From Nitrospirales bacterium (GTDB lineage Bacteria > Nitrospirota > Nitrospiria > Nitrospirales > UBA8639), in assembly GCA_965203295.1 (NCBI GenBank), contig CBDBCZ010000019.1, positions 1,184,001-1,248,000 of the forward strand: a stretch of DNA of 64,000 nucleotides, written 5' to 3'. Below, one piece after another: positions 1 through 10,365 of the stretch (position 1 is its first letter; each line of letters starts with the position of its first letter). The notes under the pieces are model-generated. The model made no database searches. It was given only the letters and a program-made list of their open reading frames with translations, and was not told where the DNA came from. Position numbers and translations under genes: made by a program.

Positions 1-1905
1 CAGGGTTAATTGTCCTTTCCCTTTCACCGCTGAAGCTTCTACACGTAACACGTCTCCACCAGTTTCGGTCCAGGCTAGCCCGGTAGTGAGTCCAATTTGC
101 TGTTTTTCTTGTTCAAATTCCGGAATGAATTTGGGAACCCCTAAATATCGTTGAAGATGGTGATGCGAGACGATCGATCGTGTGGATTTGCCTTCGGCCA
201 CTCGGCGAGCCACCTTTCGCATTACATTGGCGATTTCACGCTCAAGATTTCTGACTCCGGCTTCTCGTGTGTACTGCGAAATAATCTTGTGAAGGGTTTG
301 GTCAGGAATTCGTATATGGGTGTCTGATATGCCGTGCTCCTCTTGTTGACGAGGAATGAGGTACTGACGAGCAATTCCCAATTTTTCTTCTTCCGTATAC
401 CCTGGAATTTCAATGACCTCCATCCGGTCGCGCAGAGCGGAAAGGATAGGATCGATAAGGTTGGCGGTGGTAATAAACATCATGTTGCTGAGATCAAACG
501 GGACGCCCATATAATGATCGCTGAAGGTATGATTCTGTTCTGGGTCTAACACTTCCAGCAATGCGGCTGATGGATCTCCACGAAAATCCATACCAACTTT
601 GTCAATTTCATCTAACATAAAGACTGGATTATTCGTCCCTGCTTGCTTGATGCCTTGAATAATTCGGCCTGGAAGGGCACCGACATAGGTGCGTCGATGC
701 CCGCGAATTTCAGCTTCATCTCTGACTCCCCCAAGGCTGATTCGGACAAATTCACGGCCAAGGGCTCGGGCAATCGATTTTCCCAATGAAGTTTTCCCAA
801 CGCCTGGAGGTCCCACAAAACAAAGAATGGGTCCTTTCATTTTCTCTTTTAATTTTCGCACGGCTAAGTATTCCAGAATACGTTCCTTGACCTTTTCCAA
901 GTCGTAGTGGTCCTCATCGAGAACTTTTGCTGCAGAGGGAATGTCTAAGTTGTCGGTAGAAGATTTGCTCCAGGGGATTTCGACCAACCATTCGAGGTAG
1001 GTCCTCACGGTCGCTGCTTCGGCCGTATCTGGGTGCATTTTCTCAAGACGTTTGAGTTGTTTCTCGCCTTCCTTGAGCACTTTTTGTGGCATATTGGATT
1101 CTTGGATTCGCTTTCGAAATTCCGCGGCTTCTTCAGCTCGTTCATCCAGTTCTCCGAGCTCCTTTTGAATAGCCTTCAGCTGCTCACGTAGGAAGTATTC
1201 ACGCTGAGTTTTATCAATTTCCCCCTTGGCTTCTGCTTGAATTTTTTGCTGTATGGAGAGAATTTCGCCTTCGTTGGCCAAGATTTCACTGACCCGTTTC
1301 AGACGGGTAATCGGATCTTCGACCTCTAATATCTCCTGAGTGACATCTACTTTCAGGCCGATATTGGAAATAATGATATCAGCTAAACGCCCAGGGTCAT
1401 CGAGGTTCTCAATGACAATCATCACGTCTGGCATTAAGACTTTGCCGAGGCTCATCAGCCGTTCAAGAGATTCTTTCGCCATACGAATGACGGCCCCAGC
1501 TTCCAATGTTGGAGGAGAAGATGACGTTCCTTGTATCTTCTCAATTTTCACGGAAAAGAAGGGCTCGGATTGAATGAATTCGGTAATTCTTGCCTTAGCG
1601 AGACCCTGAACCAGAATTTTAATGCGCTCGTCAGGAAGCTTCAGTTGCCGCATGATGACCCCGACGGTACCCATGGTAAAAATATCATCAGCTTGGGGAT
1701 TTTCAGTGTCGTGGGTTTTTTGTGCGGCTAAAAACACTAACCGATCGCCTTCCAAGGCGGTTTCAATGGCTTTGACAGACATCTCTCGACCGACAAAGAG
1801 GGGCAAAACCATGTAGGGGAACACGACGAGATCCCGTACTGGGATAAGAGGAAGCTGGTCAGGGATTTCTATCTGTTGGGGATCTACAGATATGTCCTTT
1901 TCCAT
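1..1905 (-). CDS. lon: ATP-dependent Lon protease (5' part; continues beyond window start)
   Basis: Manual translation from ATG at 1905 gives MEKDISVDPQQIEIPDQLPLIPVRDLVVFPYMVLPLFVGR, Walker A CFVGPPGVGKTSLG, and TGLAWTETGGDVL..GKGQLTL at the window edge, all in one frame. Absent from the ORF track because there is no stop in the window. Confidence 0.95.
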   Translation of the reverse strand, partial: MEKDISVDPQQIEIPDQLPLIPVRDLVVFPYMVLPLFVGREMSVKAIETALEGDRLVFLAAQKTHDTENPQADDIFTMGTVGVIMRQLKLPDERIKILVQGLAKARITEFIQSEPFFSVKIEKIQGTSSSPPTLEAGAVIRMAKESLERLMSLGKVLMPDVMIVIENLDDPGRLADIIISNIGLKVDVTQEILEVEDPITRLKRVSEILANEGEILSIQQKIQAEAKGEIDKTQREYFLREQLKAIQKELGELDERAEEAAEFRKRIQESNMPQKVLKEGEKQLKRLEKMHPDTAEAATVRTYLEWLVEIPWSKSSTDNLDIPSAAKVLDEDHYDLEKVKERILEYLAVRKLKEKMKGPILCFVGPPGVGKTSLGKSIARALGREFVRISLGGVRDEAEIRGHRRTYVGALPGRIIQGIKQAGTNNPVFMLDEIDKVGMDFRGDPSAALLEVLDPEQNHTFSDHYMGVPFDLSNMMFITTANLIDPILSALRDRMEVIEIPGYTEEEKLGIARQYLIPRQQEEHGISDTHIRIPDQTLHKIISQYTREAGVRNLEREIANVMRKVARRVAEGKSTRSIVSHHHLQRYLGVPKFIPEFEQEKQQIGLTTGLAWTETGGDVLRVEASAVKGKGQLTL

Positions 1906-2142
1906 GGGTATGCTTCACCAGTCTAAGGAGAATGAAGAAATCAAAAGGAGTTCTTGAAAATTTGAGTTTATCGAAGATCAACTCATGAATTGGCAAACTG
2001 ATAATGGCATTGAGGGGCTTGTCCAGATTTCATCAAACAAGCCCCAATTTTGAATGTTTCTGCATTCCCCAGTTTGTGAGGAAACCTTACGACACCATGA
2101 GTTGTTCATTGGGATGAATAGAGTTCGTTAACAGAGAAATCG

Positions 2143-2172
2143 ATAGTATGAAATGGGTAAAATGAAAGTCAA
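2143..2172 (-). promoter_or_regulatory. Putative sigma70 promoter for lon
   Basis: Minus strand TTGACT-N18-TACTAT. Confidence 0.5.
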
Positions 2173-2200
2173 GGAAAGGTTGAAGGCGGCTTCCTGCTTC

Positions 2201-2229
2201 TTTACAAGTCCTTGAATGGCCTTTATAAT
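2201..2229 (+). promoter_or_regulatory. Putative sigma70 promoter for the bamA-lpx operon
   Basis: TTTACA-N17-TATAAT, back to back with the lon promoter. Confidence 0.6.
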
Positions 2230-2573
2230 CGCTCATTCTTGGGAATGTCTACAAAAGAACCATCTCATGTAGTGTTTCGTAAGTAGGTTTACGTTTTCTG
2301 TTTATCCTCAACTTTTTGAAATGCAAACAATTGCATCTGGGTTCGCCAGAGTTGATTCCTTCATCAGTGATGCAATGGAGAAAATCTCAGTAAAATCAGA
2401 GGTTTTGCCCTCTTCAAGTCGGACAAGAACTAAGGTGAAATACGACGCGAGCAAGGGTTCAGTAAGATTTTCCCTTAGGTTGTTGTCTTTCTTTCTCAGG
2501 ACTCACCCCGTGCCATTTTCTTTATCAGATCCAAGGCTCTTTATTGTATTCAGTTCTGCAACGGTAGGAATTC

Positions 2574-4940
2574 ATGCCGGAATTCCCAGGCCTTGAAAAG
2601 GGTCGAAGGTCAAGATCTGTCAAAATGACCCTATCACGGAGGCCTATGATAGTCCGGTTTGAAACCAACCTGGGGAGTTGGTTCTGCTTTCTCCTAACAT
2701 GTGTGCTCTGTTTGATTTCGATCCTTTTCCCCGGTGAAGGGAGTGCTCAAGATTCGAGTTCAAAAGTTCAAGCTATTGAGATCTCCGGAAATCAACGGAT
2801 TGAAAGCACCGCTATTGTGGGACGTCTGACATTGGAAATTGGTGACCTTGTGACGCAAGCGACACTCAAAGAGCAGATTCGGAACATTTATCAAATGGGG
2901 TTTTTTGATGATGTTCAAGTTCAAACCGAACCCATTGCTCAAGGAACCAAAGTACGGTTTTTGGTCAAAGAAAAACCTTTTACGGTCGACATCGTTTTTG
3001 ATGGGAACGATCATTTGTCTGATGATAAACTCCAAGAGGTTATTACGTTACGGAGCCAAGTTTTCTTGGATCAACAACAAGTGAAGATCAGTGCCGAAAA
3101 AATCCGAGAAGCCTACCGGAATGATGGATATCATAAGTCCGAGATTATCCCGATTGTTGAGGCGTTGGATGATACTCGAGACCGGATTACGTTTTTCATT
3201 CGGGAAGGAAATCAAGCGCGAATCGACGCAATAAATTTTATCGGACTGAACGTGGTCAAGAAAGACGCTCTTGTGGATGTGATGGCTAATCGAGAATACG
3301 TTCCTATTATTTCATGGATTACGGATGCCGGTGTGTTTCGTCAAGAAGAAATACCCAATGATGTTGAACGGATTAAAGAGTTCTATGCGAATAGAGGGTA
3401 CTTGGATATTCAAGTTGGGATACCCAATGTGGAGCTGAGTGGAGATAAAGAATCGTTTACGTTAACTTTTCCAATCGCTGAAGGACAGCCCTATACCGTG
3501 AGTGGTGTAGAATTTAAAGGGAATACGCTCTTTGAGAATGAAGAACTTGCGGTTAGCCAATCCATTGTGCCTGGAGATGTTTTTCAACGGGCAAGGGTCC
3601 GGTCGGAAATTGGGAGAATTACGGACCTCTATGGAGAAAAAGGGTACTCTTTTGCAGAGGTGACCCCCACTATTTTACCTAATCCCAAAAATCTGACGAC
3701 TTCGGTGACCTTCACCATTAAAGAAGGGTCTTTGATTCGTGTGCGAGAAATTCGGATTTCCGGAAATGACAAAACCCGGGATAATGTGATTCGTCGTGAG
3801 TTACGAGTCGATGAGCAATCAGTCATCGACTCGGTGAGAATTAAACGGAGTTTTCAACGCTTGAACAACTTGAATTTTTTTGAAACGGTGGAAATTCTTC
3901 CCCAGCAAGTGGAAGAAGATAAGGTCGATCTCGATGTGAAGGTCAAAGAAAAACCCACGGGATCCTTTAGTATTGGTGGTGGGTTCAGTACTTTGGATCA
4001 ATTCACGTTGATCGCCAATGTCACAGAGGCGAATTTGTTTGGGTTGGGTTACCTTGTCCGTGTCCGTGGACAATTAGGAGGACGTCGGACCATTGGGGTA
4101 CTGACCTTCCGAAATCCGGCGTTGTTTGATGGCCCTACGTTTTTTCAGGCCGATGCGTTTAGCACGGAAACCGATTTTTTAACGTATGAACAAGAAACAC
4201 GAGGAGGAACTCTGAGAGTGGGCCGTTCCCTATCGGAATATATTCGGGGTTCCGTGACTCTGCTTGCGGAGGAAATTACCATTAAAAATCCTTCTTCCGA
4301 TGCTGGGCCAACTATCGAAGCCCAGCTGGGAGACCAGTCGACGACTGGATTCCGGGCCAATATCATGCGGGATACCCGCGATAACCTCATCGATCCACGG
4401 ACTGGACTCAGAACTAGACTGCGCGTGGGTTTTGGAAGCAGTATATTCGGTGGGACGAATGACTTTTATAGTTTTTCCTTGGATGCCTTGAAATACATTC
4501 CCTTTCCATTTTTGGATCTCCGTTGGGCCACGAGGGGGCGCTTTGGTATTGCAGAAGGATATAGTGGAGACGATGTTCCGCTAACAGAATTGTTCTTTGT
4601 TGGGGGCATTAATACGGTTCGAGGGTTTAAATTTGGTCGAGCAGGCCCTGTGACCACTGGCGGAACTTTGTTAGGAGGAACTAAGCAGATCATTTTCAAT
4701 AACGAGTTGATCTTTCCGATTTTGCCTGATGCTAAACTAAGCGGCGTGTTGTTCTTTGACTACGGAGAAGGATTGGCCAAAGGCCAAGATCTGACTTTGG
4801 ATCTCCGAGCAGGGACAGGACTTGAAGTCCGATGGGTTTCACCATTTGGTCCCCTTCGGGGCGCCTGGGGAATTAATTTGGATCCTCGTGGCGACGAAGA
4901 TAGTACAGTCTTTGAATTTTCAGTCGGGAACGTGTTCTAA
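2574..4940 (+). CDS. bamA: Outer membrane protein assembly factor BamA
   Basis: POTRA repeats (GNQRIE, GNDKTRDNVIRRE), VRGF motif, C-terminal SPFGPL...FEFSVGNVF. True start may be slightly downstream. Confidence 0.95.
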   Translation: MPEFPGLEKGRRSRSVKMTLSRRPMIVRFETNLGSWFCFLLTCVLCLISILFPGEGSAQDSSSKVQAIEISGNQRIESTAIVGRLTLEIGDLVTQATLKEQIRNIYQMGFFDDVQVQTEPIAQGTKVRFLVKEKPFTVDIVFDGNDHLSDDKLQEVITLRSQVFLDQQQVKISAEKIREAYRNDGYHKSEIIPIVEALDDTRDRITFFIREGNQARIDAINFIGLNVVKKDALVDVMANREYVPIISWITDAGVFRQEEIPNDVERIKEFYANRGYLDIQVGIPNVELSGDKESFTLTFPIAEGQPYTVSGVEFKGNTLFENEELAVSQSIVPGDVFQRARVRSEIGRITDLYGEKGYSFAEVTPTILPNPKNLTTSVTFTIKEGSLIRVREIRISGNDKTRDNVIRRELRVDEQSVIDSVRIKRSFQRLNNLNFFETVEILPQQVEEDKVDLDVKVKEKPTGSFSIGGGFSTLDQFTLIANVTEANLFGLGYLVRVRGQLGGRRTIGVLTFRNPALFDGPTFFQADAFSTETDFLTYEQETRGGTLRVGRSLSEYIRGSVTLLAEEITIKNPSSDAGPTIEAQLGDQSTTGFRANIMRDTRDNLIDPRTGLRTRLRVGFGSSIFGGTNDFYSFSLDALKYIPFPFLDLRWATRGRFGIAEGYSGDDVPLTELFFVGGINTVRGFKFGRAGPVTTGGTLLGGTKQIIFNNELIFPILPDAKLSGVLFFDYGEGLAKGQDLTLDLRAGTGLEVRWVSPFGPLRGAWGINLDPRGDEDSTVFEFSVGNVF

Positions 4941-5020
4941 AAACTCGCATCAATACGGCTTCGTTCCTTAAGGTTTTCAAAACCAAAAGATCAAAATCCC
5001 TAGAGGAATGATATTGAAAA

Positions 5021-5599
5021 ATGTATAGCCTAGAGCAGGCATATCGCTGGGGCCAGGTCGCTCTGGTCCTTGGAGTGGGATTTCTGCTTGCCGTGTCAGG
5101 GTGTAAGTCTTCACCTTCAACCCCTTCTTCGAATAGCGAAATGTCGAATGCGAAAATTGGGGTGGTGGATAGCCAACGCCTGCTTGGGCAGACCAGGGTT
5201 GGGAAACAGGTGAATGAATCTCTCAATCGTTTCATGACGGATCGTCAAGCGTTGATTGATTTGGAACAAAAGGAACTTCGGGAGATGGAAAGTGCGCTCT
5301 TACGGCAGGGAAGTGTTCTCACTGCCTCAGCCAAAAAACAGCGGGAACAGCAGTTTCGTCGAAGAATGATGGAATATCAGCAGAAGGTTGGTGATCTCAA
5401 TCGTGAGGTTCAGGCAAAGCAAGCCGAGTTGCTTGGTGAATTTCATGTCAAGGTTGAAGAGGTTGCGACTGTCGTAGCCGAAAAACATGGGTTGGATATT
5501 GTGCTGGAAAAAGGTCCCAATACGACGACCCGGTATTACCGCCCAAGCTTGGACATCACGGATGAAATTCGTCAGGAAATGGACGCGGAAAGACCCTAG
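5021..5599 (+). CDS. skp: OmpH/Skp family outer membrane chaperone (possible lipoprotein)
   Basis: KIGVVDSQRLL, long coiled coil, LDITDEI end. Follows bamA. Lipobox-like LAVSGC. Confidence 0.85.
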   Translation: MYSLEQAYRWGQVALVLGVGFLLAVSGCKSSPSTPSSNSEMSNAKIGVVDSQRLLGQTRVGKQVNESLNRFMTDRQALIDLEQKELREMESALLRQGSVLTASAKKQREQQFRRRMMEYQQKVGDLNREVQAKQAELLGEFHVKVEEVATVVAEKHGLDIVLEKGPNTTTRYYRPSLDITDEIRQEMDAERP

Positions 5600-5705
5600 A
5601 GAATGATCGATGGTCAAGAATGAGCAGCATTGTGTCGAACGACATCTAACACAGACGATGCTGTGATGTTTTTGTGACAAGAGAAAGAAGGGAGGGGAAA
5701 GGATC

Positions 5706-6167
5706 ATGTCAGAAGAGGCGGTAAAAATAGAGTCCAGCGAAATTCGAGAGATTTTGCCTCACCGTTACCCTTTCCTTTTTGTTGATCGTATTGTGGAACT
5801 TGAACTCAATCGCCGAATTGTTGGAATAAAGAATGTGACGATTAGCGAGCCATTTTTTCAGGGACATTTCCCAGGACTTCCGGTTATGCCTGGAGTCTTA
5901 ATCCTTGAAGTATTGGCTCAAGTAGGAGGTGTGTTAGCCTTTAAGTCTTCTCCTGGCAAAGGAAAACTGTCTGTCTACCTTACTGGTGTCGATAAGGCGA
6001 AATTTCGAAAACCCGTGATTCCTGGTGACCAGCTTCGATTGGAGGTGGACGTTTTGCAGCGAAGGGACCCCTTTTGGAAGATGCAGGGTCGTGCTTTGGT
6101 CGAAGGAAGCCTTATTTGTGAAGCTGAGCTCAAAGCTATGGTCAATGAAGAACCATCGAAGACCTAA
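5706..6167 (+). CDS. fabZ: 3-hydroxyacyl-ACP dehydratase FabZ
   Basis: LPHRYPFLFVDRI and FFQGHFPGLPVMPGVLILE motifs. Confidence 0.96.
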   Translation: MSEEAVKIESSEIREILPHRYPFLFVDRIVELELNRRIVGIKNVTISEPFFQGHFPGLPVMPGVLILEVLAQVGGVLAFKSSPGKGKLSVYLTGVDKAKFRKPVIPGDQLRLEVDVLQRRDPFWKMQGRALVEGSLICEAELKAMVNEEPSKT

Positions 6168-6220
6168 GCGAGTCGTCCAATAATTGTTGATACCGAAGCC
6201 TCTATGTTCTTGGAGACGAT

Positions 6221-7054
6221 GTGGTTATGAAACGCGCCTCAGTTCACATGCACCCAAGTGCAGTGGTTCACCCCAAAGCTGAGATAGGGGAGGAAGTCGT
6301 TATTGGGGCTTTTACCTGTGTTGGAGAACATGTCCGAATCGGTCGAGGGACTCATATCGAATCCCATGTGTCAATTGAAGGATGGACGGAAATTGGTGAA
6401 CAGTGCCATGTTTTCCCGTTTGTGTCGATCGGTGCACCCCCTCAACACCTTCAATATCGCGACGAACCTACTCGTGTGATCATAGGAAATGACAATATTC
6501 TCCGGGAATATGTCACCATCAATCGAGGGACGGCGTTTGGAGGAGGGCATACCACTCTCGGGCATCATAATTTCTTGATGGCGTATGTTCATATTGCCCA
6601 TGATTGCCAACTTGGCAATCATGTGATTATGGCGAATGCGGCGACATTAGCTGGCCATATTACAATCGGGAACCATTCAGTGATTGGTGGCTTAGTAGGG
6701 ATTCATCAATACGTGCGGATTGGTGACTTTGCCATGGTTGGAGGATGTTCTGCCGTTGGGCGTGACGTGCCACCTTTTATGCGGGCTGCTGGTAGCCGTG
6801 GGTCGTTCTTGTATGGAGTGAATTCGATTGGCTTGCGGCGAGAGGGGTTTTCTCCTCAACGAATTCGCGTGTTAAAAAAGGCCTATCAGTTGCTATTCCG
6901 GAAAGGGCAACGACTTGCGGAAGCGACGAAATTGGCTCGCTATCAGTTCCAGGAAAGTCCGGATGTCTTGTTTTTGCTCAACTTCCTGGAACGTTCAACG
7001 AGGGGAACCTGCCGTGCGGCTCGAAAGGGGTTGGACGATGATGAGGAATTGTAG
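6221..7054 (+). CDS. lpxA: Acyl-ACP--UDP-N-acetylglucosamine O-acyltransferase LpxA
   Basis: Hexapeptide repeats, IGAPPQH, AYVHIAHDC, GIHQYVRIG. Confidence 0.95.
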   Translation: MVMKRASVHMHPSAVVHPKAEIGEEVVIGAFTCVGEHVRIGRGTHIESHVSIEGWTEIGEQCHVFPFVSIGAPPQHLQYRDEPTRVIIGNDNILREYVTINRGTAFGGGHTTLGHHNFLMAYVHIAHDCQLGNHVIMANAATLAGHITIGNHSVIGGLVGIHQYVRIGDFAMVGGCSAVGRDVPPFMRAAGSRGSFLYGVNSIGLRREGFSPQRIRVLKKAYQLLFRKGQRLAEATKLARYQFQESPDVLFLLNFLERSTRGTCRAARKGLDDDEEL

Positions 7055-7070
7055 AGGAACAGAATCATAA

Positions 7071-7913
7071 ATGGTGTCTGAGCCCGAGGAAGCGACTAGC
7101 CCATACTCTTCTCAACGGATCGGCCTCATTGCTGGAAACGGTCGATTTCCCATTATTTTTGCTGAAAATGCCAAGCGTCTTGGGTACACCGTTTTTGCGG
7201 TAGCCCACATTGGAGAAACAGCTCCGGAACTTGAACAACATGTTGATCGGATTCATTGGATTCGGATCGGGCAATTTAACAGTTTAATCCAGGCGCTGAA
7301 GAATGATGGCGTGAGTGAGGCCGTGATGCTGGGGGGAATTAAGAAGACGCATGTTTTTTCAGCCCTCAGGCCTGACCTACGTGCCATTGCCTTGGTCACC
7401 CGTCTCAAGAATCTGAAAGATGACGGGATCTTAAGGGCAGTGGCGGCTGAACTAGAGAACGAGGGTATTCAAATCCGAGAATCCACGTTTGGGCTTGGTG
7501 GTATTCTTGTCGAAAAAGGTACGTTTACCACACGTCGTCCAAATAAGAAAGAGCAGCAAGATATTGAATATGGATGGGACATTGTGGAAGAAGTTGGCAA
7601 GCTCGATATTGGGCAGTGCGTGGTGATTAAAGATCGAGTCGTCGTTGCGGTTGAAGCAGTGGAGGGAACCGATGAAGCCATTCGTCGAGGGGGAGACCTG
7701 GCTAAAGAAGGAGCGGTCGTGATCAAGCGAAGTAAGCCGCAACAGGATCTTCGATTCGATTTGCCTGCGGTTGGTCCAAAGACCATAGAAATCATGAATG
7801 GATGTAAGGCCTCAGTTTTAGCCTTGGAAGCTGGGAAAACCATTCTGCTTGATCGTGAGGAAACAATAGAGTTAGCGAACCAATCACGTATTGCCATCGT
7901 GGGTCTTGCATAA
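7071..7913 (+). CDS. lpxI: UDP-2,3-diacylglucosamine diphosphatase LpxI
   Basis: IGLIAGNGRFP, DIGQCVV, AVEAVEGTDEAIRR, KPQQDLRFDLPAVG. Confidence 0.92.
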   Translation: MVSEPEEATSPYSSQRIGLIAGNGRFPIIFAENAKRLGYTVFAVAHIGETAPELEQHVDRIHWIRIGQFNSLIQALKNDGVSEAVMLGGIKKTHVFSALRPDLRAIALVTRLKNLKDDGILRAVAAELENEGIQIRESTFGLGGILVEKGTFTTRRPNKKEQQDIEYGWDIVEEVGKLDIGQCVVIKDRVVVAVEAVEGTDEAIRRGGDLAKEGAVVIKRSKPQQDLRFDLPAVGPKTIEIMNGCKASVLALEAGKTILLDREETIELANQSRIAIVGLA

Positions 7914-8035
7914 AGAATCATCAGCTTTGGAACGCATACCTTGACCCAAGAGGTTCGAACGTTTGTTGGTATTCCGTTTTTCTTCTCTCCTGACCTTTTA
8001 CTCTCCATTCTTGCGAAAAGAGAGTCACCCCATCG

Positions 8036-8977
8036 ATGAGTAACAACCTACGAGTTGGAGTGATCGGCGTCGGGCACTTAGGCCAACATCATGCTCGATT
8101 GTGCGCAGCGCTTCACGATGTCGAATTAGTTGGAGTCCTGGATGTCAATAAGCCTCGTGCCGATTCTATCGCACGCCTCTATGGCACCCAAATGTTTGGA
8201 GACGTACTGCCCTTACTGTCGAAAGTGGATGCGGTCAGTATCGCTGTTCCAACATCAGATCACTTTCATGTTGTGAAACAGTGTCTTGCTGCTGGTGTGA
8301 ATGTCTTGGTGGAAAAGCCTATTGCCTGTACTGAAAAAGAAGGCAACGATTTAGTTGAACTCGCCCAACAAAAACGTCTCGTTCTTCAAGTCGGGCATAT
8401 TGAGCGATTTAATCCAGTTGTTGAAAGCATACAGAGAGATATTCACTCTCCCTTTTATATGGAAGCTCTCAGGATGAGCCCGTTTCAACCTCGAGGGACC
8501 GATGTTGATGTGGTTCGAGACTTGATGATTCATGATCTCGACATCGCGCTCTCATTTGGTCTTGGCTCTATCGTCGAAATAGAGGCTTACGGTATGGCCT
8601 TGGCCTCTCCCCACATTGATTTTGCCAACGCAAGAATCCAGTTTGAGAATGGCTGTGTCGCGGCCTTTACAGCCAGTCGGGTTTCTTCAGAGCGACTTCG
8701 TAGGCTTCATCTTCTTCAGATGGATACCTTCATGGCTATTGATTACCAAAGCCGCAAGAGTGTGATTCGGCGTCGAGTTCGTGATAAGGAGGGAGCCTAT
8801 CGAGAAATCGTGGAAGAACGACAGAGTTCCGACGAAGAACCGCTTCAATTGGAACTCAAAGCATTCATCCGGTCTATCCAAGATGGAACCCGACCAGTCG
8901 TGTCTGGAGAAGATGCGTCAAAGTGCTTGGGGGTAGCGGAACGGATTGTTGAATCCATTTTGAGAAGGAACGCCTGA
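8036..8977 (+). CDS. Gfo/Idh/MocA NAD-dependent oxidoreductase (GnnA-like UDP-GlcNAc 3-dehydrogenase)
   Basis: GVIGVGHLG, VLVEKPI, VGHIERFNP, DLMIHDLD. Lies between lpxA/lpxI and lpxB. Confidence 0.85.
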   Translation: MSNNLRVGVIGVGHLGQHHARLCAALHDVELVGVLDVNKPRADSIARLYGTQMFGDVLPLLSKVDAVSIAVPTSDHFHVVKQCLAAGVNVLVEKPIACTEKEGNDLVELAQQKRLVLQVGHIERFNPVVESIQRDIHSPFYMEALRMSPFQPRGTDVDVVRDLMIHDLDIALSFGLGSIVEIEAYGMALASPHIDFANARIQFENGCVAAFTASRVSSERLRRLHLLQMDTFMAIDYQSRKSVIRRRVRDKEGAYREIVEERQSSDEEPLQLELKAFIRSIQDGTRPVVSGEDASKCLGVAERIVESILRRNA

Positions 8978-9195
8978 AGATGTCTGTGAGTTTATCTCCT
9001 TTCTTCAGCTTGAGGTTCTAAGGCATCAACTGGTTGTTGAACGATTCAACGCGTTCGAGAGCTTCAGTTTTCATCGTGAGTGAAGAAGGATTCTGGAAGG
9101 GGAAGGAATGTTCAAAAAGACTTCTCCCGTTACGTGATGTCCGTGCTGAGGCAGAGAAATAGAGCAGAGTACGGTGTGGTCTGCCAGCAACGGGA

Positions 9196-10365
9196 ATGGC
9201 GCTGTCGAACATTGTCGAGAGACGGATCGTACCTATGCCAAGAATTCTTATTGTGACAGGGGAGGAATCCGGGGACCTTCATGGTGGGAATTTGGCTAAG
9301 GCACTCAAAACATTACAGCCCGATGTGAAACTGCTTGGTGTGGGTGGACAGCACATGAAGGCTGCTGGTGTGGAACTCATTGAAGTGACAGGATGCGTAG
9401 AAGGAATTGGGGTGCTAAGGTTGAATCAAATCATGAAAGGGATCAAGATGTTATTCCAAATCAGAAAGTACCTTCAAGAGGTCAAACTTGATGGCGTAGT
9501 TTTTATCGATAGCCCAGGATTGAATTTGCGTCTTGCTCGAGTCGCGCGGAGGGTGGGGCATCGGGTTGTGTATTATATTGCTCCACAAATCTGGGCGTGG
9601 GCAGGAGTGCGAATCAAGTTGATCAAACGGGTGGTTGATCGGATGATTGTGATCTTCCCCTTTGAGGAGTCTCTGTATCAGCAAGCAGGGGTTCCATGCA
9701 CGTTTGTGGGGCATCCCTTGCTGGATATTGTGGGGCCCGTCCGCAATAAGGAAGGTGTTAGGAAGGATCTGGGTGTGTCTTTGGAAGGTCCTCTGTTAGG
9801 ACTCTTGCCCGGAAGCCGGGAGTCGGAGATCAGGTCTTTGTTGCCGGTGATGCTGCGAACTGCCCAGTGTATTGCTCGAACGAAACCCACGCTTCGTTGT
9901 GTCATTGCCCAGGCTCCTTCAATATCAACATCTCTTCTTCAAGACATAATCGGCGAGTCGACGCTCCCCATCACAATCATTCCACTTCGTCCCAATGATG
10001 TCATGGCTGCCTCCGATGTGTTACTCGTGGCTTCTGGAACGGCCACCTTGCAAGCGGCATTAGTTAGGACTCCCATGGTCATTGTCTACAAAGTTTCATG
10101 GTTGACCTATCACGTGGCGAAAAGGTTAGTTAAAGTTCCCTTCATCGGACTCGTCAATTTGGTCGCCGGAAAGGGGATTGTCACAGAACTTATTCAGCAT
10201 GATGTCCTCCCGTCACGTCTACAGGAGGAGGTGCTTCGGATTATGGATGATGAGGCTGTGGCTCATGAGATGAGAATGGCTTTCCAATCCATTCGAGGAC
10301 AATTGGGAACCCCCGGGGTTTCTGAACGCGCTGCTCAAGTGGTATTAGCCGAATGTCAGGCCTAA
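9196..10365 (+). CDS. lpxB: Lipid-A-disaccharide synthase LpxB
   Basis: GEESGDLHG, IDSPGLN, APQIWAW, VGHPL, LLPGSRESE, SGTATL. Likely start ATG 9235. Confidence 0.95.
   Translation: MALSNIVERRIVPMPRILIVTGEESGDLHGGNLAKALKTLQPDVKLLGVGGQHMKAAGVELIEVTGCVEGIGVLRLNQIMKGIKMLFQIRKYLQEVKLDGVVFIDSPGLNLRLARVARRVGHRVVYYIAPQIWAWAGVRIKLIKRVVDRMIVIFPFEESLYQQAGVPCTFVGHPLLDIVGPVRNKEGVRKDLGVSLEGPLLGLLPGSRESEIRSLLPVMLRTAQCIARTKPTLRCVIAQAPSISTSLLQDIIGESTLPITIIPLRPNDVMAASDVLLVASGTATLQAALVRTPMVIVYKVSWLTYHVAKRLVKVPFIGLVNLVAGKGIVTELIQHDVLPSRLQEEVLRIMDDEAVAHEMRMAFQSIRGQLGTPGVSERAAQVVLAECQA

Noticed and set aside
222..1816. Short track ORFs in the first 1.9 kb
   Set aside because: They are shadow frames of lon, which runs off the window on the minus strand.
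2321..2596. 91-aa ORF upstream of bamA
   Set aside because: No motif or clear RBS. It lies in the leader region and overlaps the bamA ORF start.
7469..8008. 179-aa antisense ORF
   Set aside because: Antisense shadow of lpxI with no protein features.
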